Part shown: one piece after another, positions 26,829 through 36,044 of the stretch
Layout: every line of letters starts with the position of its first letter
Numbering within the stretch: the stretch's first letter is position 1
Made by a program: the position numbers and the translations under genes
From: a virus
Lineage: Duplodnaviria > Caudoviricetes
Direction: 5' to 3' (one strand)
Length of the DNA stretch: 52,983 bases
IMG/VR virus record: IMGVR_UViG_3300038379_000080
Coordinates: 1-52,983 of that record
Notes under the pieces: generated by a model
Database searches by the model: none
What the model was told of the DNA's origin: nothing
Seen by the model: the letters and a program-made list of their open reading frames with translations, nothing else

Positions 26829-26847
26829 TGTTACCTCATGATGATTT

Positions 26848-28818
26848 TCAGAGCCTCGCTAATACCTGAGAAGCTGTGAGAGCGGGTTCGATCTTTTCAG
26901 TCTGGGCCTTCAGCTCGCCCATCGTCATGTCTTGCAGACGACGCTTGTTCTTGAGATTGTCAAGAACAACTTTGTCAGTGGGCAAGTGGATCAGATCAAT
27001 GATCGTCGCTCCACGGTTAGTGTCCATTCCAGCACGATGAATACGATCCTCGCTTTGAATGCGAGACTCCGCATTGAAATCATTGCTGTAATAGACAATA
27101 GTCGGGCTGGCAGTCAGAGTCAAGCCCATACCTGCCGACCCTGGATGTCCGATGAAAGCAATGCGGAGGTGTGCCTCCAATTGATTTTGGAAAGCATCAA
27201 TCATCTCTTCGGGCTTCTGAAGGCCAAGGTTACTGTGCCAACCTCGACCGTCTACCCTAATGATTTTCCACATCTGCTTCAAGAGCATCTCAACGACGCG
27301 ATCGATCGTACCAGTGAAGCCACCGTAGATTACGATTCGGCCAACGTCGTCATGCTCGTCAAGCAACTCTTTCAGGACGTCATCCTTCGGACAAGGAACT
27401 GTCTTGACATCCCGAACGATTTTGTCTACCTGTCCGGTGCCCTTGCAATCCGGGCAAGCTATTTGCTCCCACTCGATTGGCTTAGGCTCAGGGCTGCTAG
27501 TAACCGCTTCACCTGCCTCTTCGATAATTGGCTGGTGAATCGTCTTGTGCCCTTTGCAAGTAGGGCAGGTTTCGGTGCCTTCTTTTCGCTCGATGTATTG
27601 GAAGCCATCGCTAAGCTCCCTCAAGAGCGTAAGAGCCTTCACTGTTGAAGACGACTTGGCTTCAATGGCACGAGCAGCATTAAGAATGCTGCGAGAAGGC
27701 ATACAGTTGATTTCCCTATACACCTTGTCAGGCAGATCCAAGCAATCCTTCTTGAAGCGAACCTCGACAAGCCCTTGCATTCGCTTGTACAGATTGGCCA
27801 CTTCATTCACAGATGGCTCGAAGCGGTGATTGATGTTTGTTTGCTCGAATACCGAGACACCTTCACTGTGCGTCTCAGCGTCCTGGAACAAACCACACCT
27901 AGCACACTTACGAGCGTCATCTCGCCAGCCGAGCAGATGAGCATAAGTGCCGCCACCGGCAAATTGCTCACGCATCTCGATAATAGCAAGACGTTGCTTG
28001 AACTTATCAACAGTGCCTTCTTTGAGGAAGCCAGGACAAGCGATTTCGCAGATGCTCCACCAATCCATCGGAGACTTAGGAGCAGGCGTGCCAGACATAA
28101 GGATGACATATCCTCGATCACCCCACTCCTTACGAATGCTGTCGGCCAAGTAACGGGCGGCTTGTGTTCGCTTTGCAGCAGGATTCTTGCAACGAGAACA
28201 CTCGTCGAAAATCACACCTTGCGGTGCCTTCTTGCCAGTAGGCCACTCGGCTAGAAGTTTCTGGAGTCCTTCGTAAGTTACAAATCTCGGTGTAACCCGA
28301 GCCTTCCACTTCGCGAACTCCACCCTAACGCTAACAAGGGCTGATTTTGGACCCACCCAGATCCAGTCGTCCATTTTGGACAACTCCATGATCTCTATGG
28401 CTGTGAGGGTCTTCCCCGTTCCCATCTCAGCAGCCAAGATGCAGTAATGCCGGGTGTAGCCAAAGTTGATCATGCCACCTTGGTGCGTGTAGACCGGACG
28501 AGTCGGCGTTACCTGCACGAGAGGGGCGTCATACTTGGCATACGGGTTGAGAGGGTCACTACCGCCTGGGTGGGCCAAGAAACGAAGCTGAAACCGATTT
28601 CGTTCGCTATCCCGAATAGACCAGATTTTGCGAGGATTGTGTTCGTCGTACCCGTGCCACCTGTGGCCCTCGAACGACTTGACTTCCTCAAGCATCTTCT
28701 GATTATACGGGAACTTGAGATAAAGCCTATCACCGTGTTTGGTGATGTTCACGGGAATCATCCGCGAACCGGCCAATAGCTTGGTATCCCAAGCATCGAA
28801 CGTAGGGTCAAACAGCAT
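26848..28818 (-). CDS. SNF2-like SF2 helicase
   Basis: EMGTGKT, DECS, SGTP, GMGLTLT, QSEDRIHRAG. Confidence 0.92.
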   Translation of the reverse strand: MLFDPTFDAWDTKLLAGSRMIPVNITKHGDRLYLKFPYNQKMLEEVKSFEGHRWHGYDEHNPRKIWSIRDSERNRFQLRFLAHPGGSDPLNPYAKYDAPLVQVTPTRPVYTHQGGMINFGYTRHYCILAAEMGTGKTLTAIEIMELSKMDDWIWVGPKSALVSVRVEFAKWKARVTPRFVTYEGLQKLLAEWPTGKKAPQGVIFDECSRCKNPAAKRTQAARYLADSIRKEWGDRGYVILMSGTPAPKSPMDWWSICEIACPGFLKEGTVDKFKQRLAIIEMREQFAGGGTYAHLLGWRDDARKCARCGLFQDAETHSEGVSVFEQTNINHRFEPSVNEVANLYKRMQGLVEVRFKKDCLDLPDKVYREINCMPSRSILNAARAIEAKSSSTVKALTLLRELSDGFQYIERKEGTETCPTCKGHKTIHQPIIEEAGEAVTSSPEPKPIEWEQIACPDCKGTGQVDKIVRDVKTVPCPKDDVLKELLDEHDDVGRIVIYGGFTGTIDRVVEMLLKQMWKIIRVDGRGWHSNLGLQKPEEMIDAFQNQLEAHLRIAFIGHPGSAGMGLTLTASPTIVYYSNDFNAESRIQSEDRIHRAGMDTNRGATIIDLIHLPTDKVVLDNLKNKRRLQDMTMGELKAQTEKIEPALTASQVLARL

Positions 28819-28841
28819 TTCGTTTCTCTTTGGTCTGAAGG

Positions 28842-29363
28842 CTACTTCTGCGGCAACAGCAGAAGCCCGCCTTGTGTGGAGGTTCTTCGGCTATAGGTCT
28901 CAAAGATCCTTCCGAGTCCCATGTCGTCGAACGCTTGTAGAAGTCTTGTACCGAGCAGCCTCATAGGCTTCGTCTGATTTTCGGCACAAAGATTGATGAC
29001 CGTCGTCCGCCAATCTTCCAATGATGCGGTTGCGATCACAATGTGCGGGTGTTCACAATCAACAATCGCAACCCGCCCAACAACGAGCAAGTCGTGAATG
29101 CAATCGGTTGGCAACCCGCAGAGAAAGCTAACGGATACGTGTTTCAACAAGAAACCCGCGTTGCGCTGAGCCGCCACCGGATCTGTGTTTTCTGTGTGGA
29201 ACTCGCCAAGTGCTGAAACAAATTCAGCAATTCCTCTGGCGGTGATGTTCTTGGAATCAAGTCCTCGACCTACTGAGCGTCCAATTACATTACGCACAAG
29301 GCCAAGCAACTTAGCCCAATCAACGGACGTAACCGCGATGGGCGTCACGACGGTCATGTCCAT
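28842..29363 (-). CDS. degenerate ThyX-like fold protein
   Basis: LLKHVSVSF and IATASLEDWR...MR resemble ThyX flanks; RHR motif absent. Confidence 0.4.
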   Translation of the reverse strand: MDMTVVTPIAVTSVDWAKLLGLVRNVIGRSVGRGLDSKNITARGIAEFVSALGEFHTENTDPVAAQRNAGFLLKHVSVSFLCGLPTDCIHDLLVVGRVAIVDCEHPHIVIATASLEDWRTTVINLCAENQTKPMRLLGTRLLQAFDDMGLGRIFETYSRRTSTQGGLLLLPQK

Positions 29364-29381
29364 TGTTGCTCCGTAAAGGGC

Positions 29382-29416
29382 GGCGAGGCGCGTCCCCTTA
29401 CAAGACGCGCCTCGCC
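29382..29416. terminator. hairpin terminator
   Basis: GGCGAGGCGCGTC...GACGCGCCTCGCC. Confidence 0.55.
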
Positions 29417-29433
29417 TGAGCTAGTCCACCCCA

Positions 29434-30111
29434 CTAGCGCGCCCGGTCGGTTGCGCCCTCTGGTGCCGCCTCCTTCTCCGTCGGAGCAGGATTGCGGAAC
29501 TTGGTGACTTCCTCGATGATTTCGTCTTGAGACGGAAGATCGAAAGGCACCGAGCATGTGGTGATCACAGGGCCGAACCAGTTGTACTTCTTCCCCTTGA
29601 TGAGATGACTCTTCAACAGAGCCGGCTTCCCAATCAAGTTACGAAGCTGAGGTGCCTCACGACGGGCAGTCTTGGAAGACGCATAATACGTCGCGAAACA
29701 CTTGGCCGACGGAATCCACAGAAGGAACTCCGGGCCGTACATACATCCGGAATCGGGCTGCTCAGACTTCTGAGCAATTCGGTCGAACTCAGGAGACTTT
29801 CGATCATAGATCGAAATCACCTCGCCGTCCACAATCTCCATCGCCTTTGCACGCCAGTCGAGCGGGAGACAAGGAACCTCCTTCGTCAGGTCGTCGCACT
29901 GATCCTTGGCCCGGACCAGTCCGTAATGACCTTGATTGATTTTCCCCTCCTGGACGAGGGTGCTGTTAGCACCCATCAGCATCACTCGCGGCAGAAATGC
30001 GCCGGAGGAACTGATCTTGGAAAAATCTTCATCACTGGCATACGGCGAAGGAGCCAGTTGGCTCAACACAGGGACGAGATCGTTGCCCGTAGTCGCGGAA
30101 AGATTGCTCAT
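29434..30111 (-). CDS. putative phage ssDNA-binding protein
   Basis: FLPRVML..NS..V.EG...G.Y pattern, replication-module context, charged tail. Confidence 0.5.
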   Translation of the reverse strand: MSNLSATTGNDLVPVLSQLAPSPYASDEDFSKISSSGAFLPRVMLMGANSTLVQEGKINQGHYGLVRAKDQCDDLTKEVPCLPLDWRAKAMEIVDGEVISIYDRKSPEFDRIAQKSEQPDSGCMYGPEFLLWIPSAKCFATYYASSKTARREAPQLRNLIGKPALLKSHLIKGKKYNWFGPVITTCSVPFDLPSQDEIIEEVTKFRNPAPTEKEAAPEGATDRAR

Positions 30112-30254
30112 TTGTTCTCTTTCAGAGTTTCATGTGTGCATGTCTCCTGATAAGCAGGAAAGTGGGATAAGAGAAGATTTCCAGTACGTCTAACCGCCGG
30201 CAGTTGCTGCGTTAGTTAAGGGGCCTACTAATCTTCCCAACGTACTGGAAATCA

Positions 30255-30377
30255 TCAGTACGCCTTCTTGCCCTTGCCGGCCTTGCCCTCACCGCCAGTG
30301 CCACGACCAGTCTTGCCCTTCGTCTTGGACTTGACCGGAACGGACGGAACAGGCTTCTTCGTGACAGGCTTCGCCAT
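30255..30377 (-). CDS. very basic 40-aa peptide (not in ORF track)
   Basis: GAGGTG RBS; MAKPVTKKPVPSVPVKSKTKGKTGRGTGGEGKAGKGKKAY. Confidence 0.65.
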   Translation of the reverse strand: MAKPVTKKPVPSVPVKSKTKGKTGRGTGGEGKAGKGKKAY

Positions 30378-30415
30378 CTTGACACCTCACACTGTTAGGG
30401 TGAAAATCGAAACAG

Positions 30416-30488
30416 TGGAGCCAGAGGGAATCGAACCCACAACCTTCCGGATGCAAACCGGATGCTCTCCCAATTGAGCTATAGCCCC
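30416..30488 (-). tRNA. tRNA-Ala(UGC)
   Basis: GGGGCTA/TGGCTCC-A with G3-U70, TCCGG-TT TGC AT-CCGGA. Confidence 0.92.
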
Positions 30489-30538
30489 AAAGGCCCGGCA
30501 GAGGAGTCGGGTTCCCCTGCCGGGCACGGGAGAGAGGA

Positions 30539-31495
30539 CTACGCTGCGGCGAGCTGCGACTGGAGATCGGCAGCCTTCGCGGCAGCCTCCGCCTCCTTCT
30601 TCGCAGCACGCTCCTGCTTGCGACGCTCCTTGGCGTCCTCAAGCTCCTTCCGCCGAGCAGCGTCCTTGTCGCGCTGCGCCTGAGCGGAAGCCGGATCGAG
30701 GTTGAGCGCCCACAGGATACCTAGATTGAACGCATCGACGGGGTTGTCGATACCCTGAGTCAAAATCCGGGCGACTTCCTTGTTGTCCGCCTCAGCCTTC
30801 AGCTCGGCCAGCTTACGCAGGTGAGCAACCGGCTGGAACTCAGTGACAGCGTTCGGGTCGCGACCCTGACGCTTCGCGTCACGCAGCTCCTTCGTGCGAG
30901 CATTCGCAGTCGGAAGGAACTGTTGAGGCGTCATCGTCATCGCCCGGTCAAGGAAGTTCGGCTGCTCCTCGGGCGGCAGCTTGCTCAGAGCATAGGCGTT
31001 GCTCAAGTTGATTTTGCCCTCATCGACCAAACCAGCGATATCGGGAATCAGCTTGGTAAGGCCGAGCCGATCATTGAGCCAGGTCGGGGACTTGGCAAGC
31101 TGGTCCGCCAGCTGCGCTGTCGTGAGCAGCGGGTCGAGCGCGAGGATACGCACGAGCTGCTTGCTGTACTCCACAGGCCGCGTCTCGACCTTGTGGACAT
31201 TGGCCATCATCTGCGCGAGCATGACGCCGACCTCGTCAAGCGCCTTGATGTGGACAGGGATCTCACTCAGCCCTGCGTCCTGGCTCGCGGTGAACCGATG
31301 CAGACCGTCGATCAGTCCGTAGAACTTCTCGCCCGTCTGCGGGTCCGTGCATTCGCGGACCAAAATCGGATTCAGCACGCCCTGCTTCTTGATGGAATCG
31401 ACCAGACCGGCATACTCTTCGGTCGTCCGATTCACTGTCCGCAGAGCATTGGGGTTCTCGCGGATTTGGGAAATCTTCACTGTCGCCTGCGACAT
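30539..31495 (-). CDS. ParB/Spo0J-like protein
   Basis: GVLNPILVR, LIDGLHRF, HTH AQLADQLAKSPTWL, coiled-coil C-terminus. Confidence 0.9.
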   Translation of the reverse strand: MSQATVKISQIRENPNALRTVNRTTEEYAGLVDSIKKQGVLNPILVRECTDPQTGEKFYGLIDGLHRFTASQDAGLSEIPVHIKALDEVGVMLAQMMANVHKVETRPVEYSKQLVRILALDPLLTTAQLADQLAKSPTWLNDRLGLTKLIPDIAGLVDEGKINLSNAYALSKLPPEEQPNFLDRAMTMTPQQFLPTANARTKELRDAKRQGRDPNAVTEFQPVAHLRKLAELKAEADNKEVARILTQGIDNPVDAFNLGILWALNLDPASAQAQRDKDAARRKELEDAKERRKQERAAKKEAEAAAKAADLQSQLAAA

Positions 31496-31539
31496 ACGGC
31501 CCTCTGACTGTTGATTGTGGAAATCGGGGTGAACACCTG

Positions 31540-31572
31540 TTGATTTGATTTCTGAGAATAAAATCAAATCAA
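31540..31572. repeat. palindromic operator or parS-like site
   Basis: TTGATTTGATTT-N9-AAATCAAATCAA. Confidence 0.75.
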
Positions 31573-31632
31573 ACGACGGATCGGTCGCGTCGGGAGCAAT
31601 TCGCTCTCGACGCGCTGCCGATGACTCACCCT

Positions 31633-31823
31633 TTATTACTGCGGAAACGGGCCGCGTTGCTCAAGAATTCTCGACTAACTGGATTGACTGACTACTGCCT
31701 TGTTCACTTCTTCCACGTTCCCCCGATCCCTCTATAGGGTCGGGCGCATTCGGGGAATGCAAACGGCAGGGTAGTCAGTGTTTCTAGTCGGTTGAGCAAG
31801 CGCGGCCCGATCCGCAGTAATAA
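31633..31823. repeat. long imperfect inverted repeat
   Basis: TTATTACTGCGGA, CGGGCCGCG, TTGCTCAA, CGACTA and ACTGACTAC blocks mirrored about ~31733. Confidence 0.8.
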
Positions 31824-31860
31824 GAGGTAGGCAAGTTGTCAGTCGGGCCGGCTTGCACGT

Positions 31861-31891
31861 TGATTTGATTTTTATTTGTAAAATCAAATCA
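31861..31891. repeat. palindromic operator or parS-like site
   Basis: TGATTTGATTT-N9-AAATCAAATCA. Confidence 0.75.
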
Positions 31892-31926
31892 TCCTGTGGC
31901 TGGTGCGCAGTGTCTCCCCTAGAAGG

Positions 31927-31955
31927 AGTGTAGCACACTTTTCGGGGAATGTCAA
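31927..31955 (-). promoter_or_regulatory. sigma70-type promoter
   Basis: TTGACA-17nt-TACACT; spacer end AAAAGTGTGC shared with the 7755 promoter. Confidence 0.8.
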
Positions 31956-32019
31956 CTTGATTTTATCTTAGATTTGATTTTGGGATTAGATTCCCGAATC
32001 AAGAAAGGGAAAAACAAGG

Positions 32020-32238
32020 ATGGCGTGGATACACCTTCTTATCACGATGTCTCTTTTTGCAGTCGTCGCTGTACAATGGCACCGTCACAGACACTACTGT
32101 ATTTTGGCCGCACGGGACGGAGAGACGTATCGCAAACTGCTCGCACAAAGGGACGCCCGTATCGCACAACTCAAAGAGGGTTACGAGAATACAGCCAATG
32201 ATTTGATCATTAGGCTTTCGGAGATGAAGAAGCTGTGA
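32020..32238 (+). CDS. small membrane-anchored coiled-coil protein
   Basis: N-terminal TM; stop overlaps primase start. Confidence 0.6.
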   Translation: MAWIHLLITMSLFAVVAVQWHRHRHYCILAARDGETYRKLLAQRDARIAQLKEGYENTANDLIIRLSEMKKL

Positions 32239-34982
32239 GTCAAGTAACAAAAACGGAAGCCATTAAGGCATTCCTCAATGCTCGCACGCACCCGGACCTA
32301 GCGAGCCTGTACACATACGGCATGGAAGTGCAGATAACGGTAGCAAAGGGTTCGGGCGAGCGCATCGAAGGCGACTACAAAGGCAAGCAGTGGCAAGCGT
32401 ATACGAACGGGTTTCAGACCTGGAAGCCTATTCGTATTCCGATCAACGCTAACACAAAGCCTGAGTACACAGACGGTCCGATGCAATATGATTTGGCAGA
32501 CCATGCCGAAGGTATTGGCATGACGGGTTGGGACTGGAAGAACCTCTTGTCCCGTTGGGTGGCATTTGATTTTGATGCCATTACTGGTCACAGTGAGAAG
32601 CACAGTAAGAAACTCAACGAGCAAGAACTGGAAGCCATCAAGGCTGCTGTGAGTAACGTACCTTACGTGACGCTACGTAAGTCTACGGGCGGGAAGGGGC
32701 TGCACATCTATGTGTTCCTTGAGCCTATTCACACAGAAAATCATAACGAGCATGCCGCAGTTGCTCGTGCAATCCTGTCTCAATTGAGCGGTATTGCAGG
32801 CTTTGATTTCTCCAGCAAGGTTGATATCTGCGGTGGTAATATGTGGGTCTGGCATCGGAAGCTGGCAAGCACTGGTGGCGAAGGACTCAAGCTGCTCAAG
32901 GTTTCAACCGAGTTTGCTCATGTGCCTGCGAACTGGAAAGACTACACGAAGGTTGTCTCAGGTCGTCGGCAAAAGAATCTACCACGGTTCATTGAGCAAC
33001 AAGCTGACGTTCACCACGGCATCGAAGATGTCTTCAATGAGCTGACCGGCCAACGGCTCAGGCAGCCTATTGATTCTGAACATAAGCAAGTGATGAACTG
33101 GCTGACGGAAAATTACCCGTCGGCTGTTTGGTGGGATGCTGAGCATTATATGCTCGTTACCCACACAGCGTTGTTAAAGGAGTGCCACACAGCTCTCGCG
33201 CTGCGTGGTAAGTTCGAGACAGCCGCAGGCGGCACGGAGAAGGGATTTGATCACAACTGCTTCTTGTTCCCAATCGCTCGTGGAGGTTGGAGCGTTCGAC
33301 GATACACACTTGGTGTCGCCGAGCATCCGTACTGGCAACAGGATGGAGCAGGTTGGACTTCCTGCTTCTTTAATCGAGAGCCTACTCTGGACCAAGCAGC
33401 CAATCTCTTCGAGGGCATCGAAGATACTGACGGCTCTTATTGGTTTGCGTCTGGTGAAAGGGCGCAAGAGGCTGCCCAGCTCCTTGGAGCTAATCTCGAT
33501 CTTCCTCCCTGGGCACGACAGCTCAAGTGTCAGCTTAAAATCCACAAGAGCGGTCGGCTTGTAGCAGTCTTGGAAAAGAATGCTGACAGCCCTCACTTGG
33601 CCGGCTGGCTCGCTAAGGGCAAAAAGCTGTCGAAGATGTTTCAGATCCGTAACAGTCCTACTGGATGTGAAACTGAAGTTCTTCGATTGGACGATCAAGT
33701 TCGACACGTTGTCAGTGACGGACTTGATGACGCTGGCTGGGTGGTAAAGGCAGACGGCGAATGGAACGAAGAACCGTTGGCTCACGTTCGCCTCTACTTG
33801 AACAGTATTGGTTACAATTCTGCACAATCAACAGGCGTACTTGGAGCCAGTGTCAGCCAACCGTGGCGTCTTGTTAGCCTGCCTTTCAGGGAGGAGTATC
33901 CAGGCAAGCGACAATGGAACCGAAAATCAGCACAGCTCCGGTATAAGCCGTCCCTCAACAGGGACAGTCTGAGCTACCCAACTTGGACAAAGATTTTGAA
34001 CCACTGTGGCAAGAACCTCGACGAGGCAATCAAGTCTAATGAGTGGTGCAAGGCTAATGGTGTTCTTACCGGGGCGGACTGGCTCAAATGCTGGATTGCC
34101 AGCATGTTCCAAGAACCCTTGGAACCGCTTCCCTATATCTTCTTCTATGGCCCGCAGGGTAGTGGAAAATCTATCTTCCACGAGGCACTTGAGCTTCTTA
34201 TCTCCCGAGGCGTTTGCCGAGCGGATCAGGCTCTTGTGTCGGGCGGGGGTTTCAACGGAGAGCTTGAAGGAAAGGTTCTCTGTATCATCGAAGAAATCGA
34301 TCTGAAGCGGAACATCCAGGCGTATAACAGAATTAAGGATTGGGTGACTGCTAAGCAGTTGCCTATCCATCGCAAGATGGAACAGCCTTATATGACGCCT
34401 AACACAACACATTGGGTTCAGTGCGCCAACACGCATTTGTATTGTCCTGTGTTTCCAGGGGACACCCGAATCACGATGATTTTGGTGGATGCCTTGCCAA
34501 AGGATACGGAGATTCCTAAGAAGCAAATCATTCCGCTGTTGGAAGCAGAGGCTCCAGACTTCTTGGCTGAAATCCTTTCAGTCGAGCTGCCCACTTCCGC
34601 AGATCGGCTTAATGTCCCCTGTATCGCAACAGAGGACAAAGCTGCTGCGGAGTATGCCAATCAAACACTGCTCGAAGTATTCTGCGTCGAGAAGTGTTTC
34701 TTCGCTCCTGGTCATCGCGTCAAGTTCTCTGAACTGTGTGAGAAGTTCCATGAGTGGATTGACCCGAACTCGGTTGCTCAGTGGTCCAAAATCAGAATTG
34801 GGAAGGAACTGCCTCCCAAGTTTGTCAAAGCCCGCTTGCCTGCAACCGGAGAATTCTGGGTCGGTAACATGAGCTTCACGCTAGTCCCTGAGCAAGATTT
34901 TGCCCAAAGATATATCAGCCGGGACGGTCGCTTGTATCAGGACGAGTCTACTCAAATAAAGGAGAAGACCAGTGACGGGTGA
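32235..34982 (+). CDS. primase-polymerase / SF3 helicase fusion
   Basis: AEP motifs AFDFD and KSTGGKGLHIY; C-terminal Walker A GPQGSGKS, IIEEI, CAN. Confidence 0.85.
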   Translation: MSQVTKTEAIKAFLNARTHPDLASLYTYGMEVQITVAKGSGERIEGDYKGKQWQAYTNGFQTWKPIRIPINANTKPEYTDGPMQYDLADHAEGIGMTGWDWKNLLSRWVAFDFDAITGHSEKHSKKLNEQELEAIKAAVSNVPYVTLRKSTGGKGLHIYVFLEPIHTENHNEHAAVARAILSQLSGIAGFDFSSKVDICGGNMWVWHRKLASTGGEGLKLLKVSTEFAHVPANWKDYTKVVSGRRQKNLPRFIEQQADVHHGIEDVFNELTGQRLRQPIDSEHKQVMNWLTENYPSAVWWDAEHYMLVTHTALLKECHTALALRGKFETAAGGTEKGFDHNCFLFPIARGGWSVRRYTLGVAEHPYWQQDGAGWTSCFFNREPTLDQAANLFEGIEDTDGSYWFASGERAQEAAQLLGANLDLPPWARQLKCQLKIHKSGRLVAVLEKNADSPHLAGWLAKGKKLSKMFQIRNSPTGCETEVLRLDDQVRHVVSDGLDDAGWVVKADGEWNEEPLAHVRLYLNSIGYNSAQSTGVLGASVSQPWRLVSLPFREEYPGKRQWNRKSAQLRYKPSLNRDSLSYPTWTKILNHCGKNLDEAIKSNEWCKANGVLTGADWLKCWIASMFQEPLEPLPYIFFYGPQGSGKSIFHEALELLISRGVCRADQALVSGGGFNGELEGKVLCIIEEIDLKRNIQAYNRIKDWVTAKQLPIHRKMEQPYMTPNTTHWVQCANTHLYCPVFPGDTRITMILVDALPKDTEIPKKQIIPLLEAEAPDFLAEILSVELPTSADRLNVPCIATEDKAAAEYANQTLLEVFCVEKCFFAPGHRVKFSELCEKFHEWIDPNSVAQWSKIRIGKELPPKFVKARLPATGEFWVGNMSFTLVPEQDFAQRYISRDGRLYQDESTQIKEKTSDG

Positions 34983-35370
34983 CATTATTAACGGGATGTT
35001 CGAGTTTGTAGGCTCGATCTTCCTTATCCTGAATCTGAGACGCATGTATATTGACAAGTGCGTCAAAGGTGTCTCCATTCTCCCCGTGCTGTTCTTTACA
35101 GCATGGAGATTTTGGAACATCTACTTTTACCCATCGCTAGGCCAGTGGTGGAGTTTTGCAGGCGGACTATGCGTCTGCTGTGTGAACACAGTCTGGCTGA
35201 TCATGTTCCTGATCTACGCCAGTGACATCCGATTCACGGAGTTCGAGAATGAAGATCATCGCGTTCGGACATCAGAAGAGGGTGGGCAAGGACACGGCTG
35301 CCCAGTTCGTCTCTACGTACCTCCGTGTGGAACAGGGGATCAAGAGAGTCAAGAAGGCAGGGTTTGCTGA
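34972..35370 (+). CDS. PQ-loop/SemiSWEET-like three-TM membrane protein
   Basis: Three TM helices, 'K.VKGVS' motif. Confidence 0.55.
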   Translation: MTGDIINGMFEFVGSIFLILNLRRMYIDKCVKGVSILPVLFFTAWRFWNIYFYPSLGQWWSFAGGLCVCCVNTVWLIMFLIYASDIRFTEFENEDHRVRTSEEGGQGHGCPVRLYVPPCGTGDQESQEGRVC

Positions 35371-35878
35371 CAAACTGAAAGACGTTTGTCATCAACTCTA
35401 CGGTTGGGCTGGCTTAAAGGATAAGGATTTCTATGAGCAGCCTGAAAACTTCCATCTGAAAGAAGTCGTTCTTCCTGCTATTGGCAAGACGCCTCGGCAG
35501 ATTTGGATCTCATTCGGCAATGAAGTCAAGGCAGCCACGTATTATAACACATGGCTTGACTACTTGCTGAAGCACACGACAGCCGATTGGCTAATCGTAT
35601 CTGATATGCGGTTTCCCAATGAAGCCGATTACATCCGAGAAATTGGCGGAATCGTAGTCAAGGTCACAAGACCTAGCGTCCCGCATATGCCTGACGCAGC
35701 CGATGATCCGCTGTTGAATTATCAGAACTGGAGTGCCCACATTATCAATGATGGGTCACTCGCTGATTTCTACAGCAAAGTCATCGAGGTGGTCAATGGC
35801 TACGAACGTTACGTTGCGGATTCAATTCGATCCCGAGCTGCCACTATTCTCGACGATTGTCAAAGGACATGTCCTTGA
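35249..35878 (+). CDS. deoxynucleoside monophosphate kinase
   Basis: GHQKRVGKDT, FADKLK, TPRQ, SDMRFPNE. Confidence 0.9.
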   Translation: MKIIAFGHQKRVGKDTAAQFVSTYLRVEQGIKRVKKAGFADKLKDVCHQLYGWAGLKDKDFYEQPENFHLKEVVLPAIGKTPRQIWISFGNEVKAATYYNTWLDYLLKHTTADWLIVSDMRFPNEADYIREIGGIVVKVTRPSVPHMPDAADDPLLNYQNWSAHIINDGSLADFYSKVIEVVNGYERYVADSIRSRAATILDDCQRTCP

Positions 35879-36044
35879 AGTCTACTTCTCCGGCCACAAA
35901 CCGAAGAAGAAAATGTGGACAGCCTTTGTTGACGCGGACGAATTCGACTACTCGACTCTTCGCGACGTATTCCTCGGATTAGAGGAAATCGTGCAGCAAA
36001 GATTCGGAGTCAAAATCACCTTGTATTTCCCAAGCGAGGATTGA
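35796..36044 (+). CDS. hypothetical protein
   Basis: GAGGTGG RBS. Confidence 0.55.
   Translation: MATNVTLRIQFDPELPLFSTIVKGHVLEVYFSGHKPKKKMWTAFVDADEFDYSTLRDVFLGLEEIVQQRFGVKITLYFPSED

Noticed and set aside
17930-28818. Inteins or introns in nrdJ, polA or the helicase
   Set aside because: ORFs are continuous with no intein C/S...HN termini; the inserts are short zinc fingers.
31700-31770. Protelomerase telRL site
   Set aside because: The palindrome is imperfect and no protelomerase gene is in the window.
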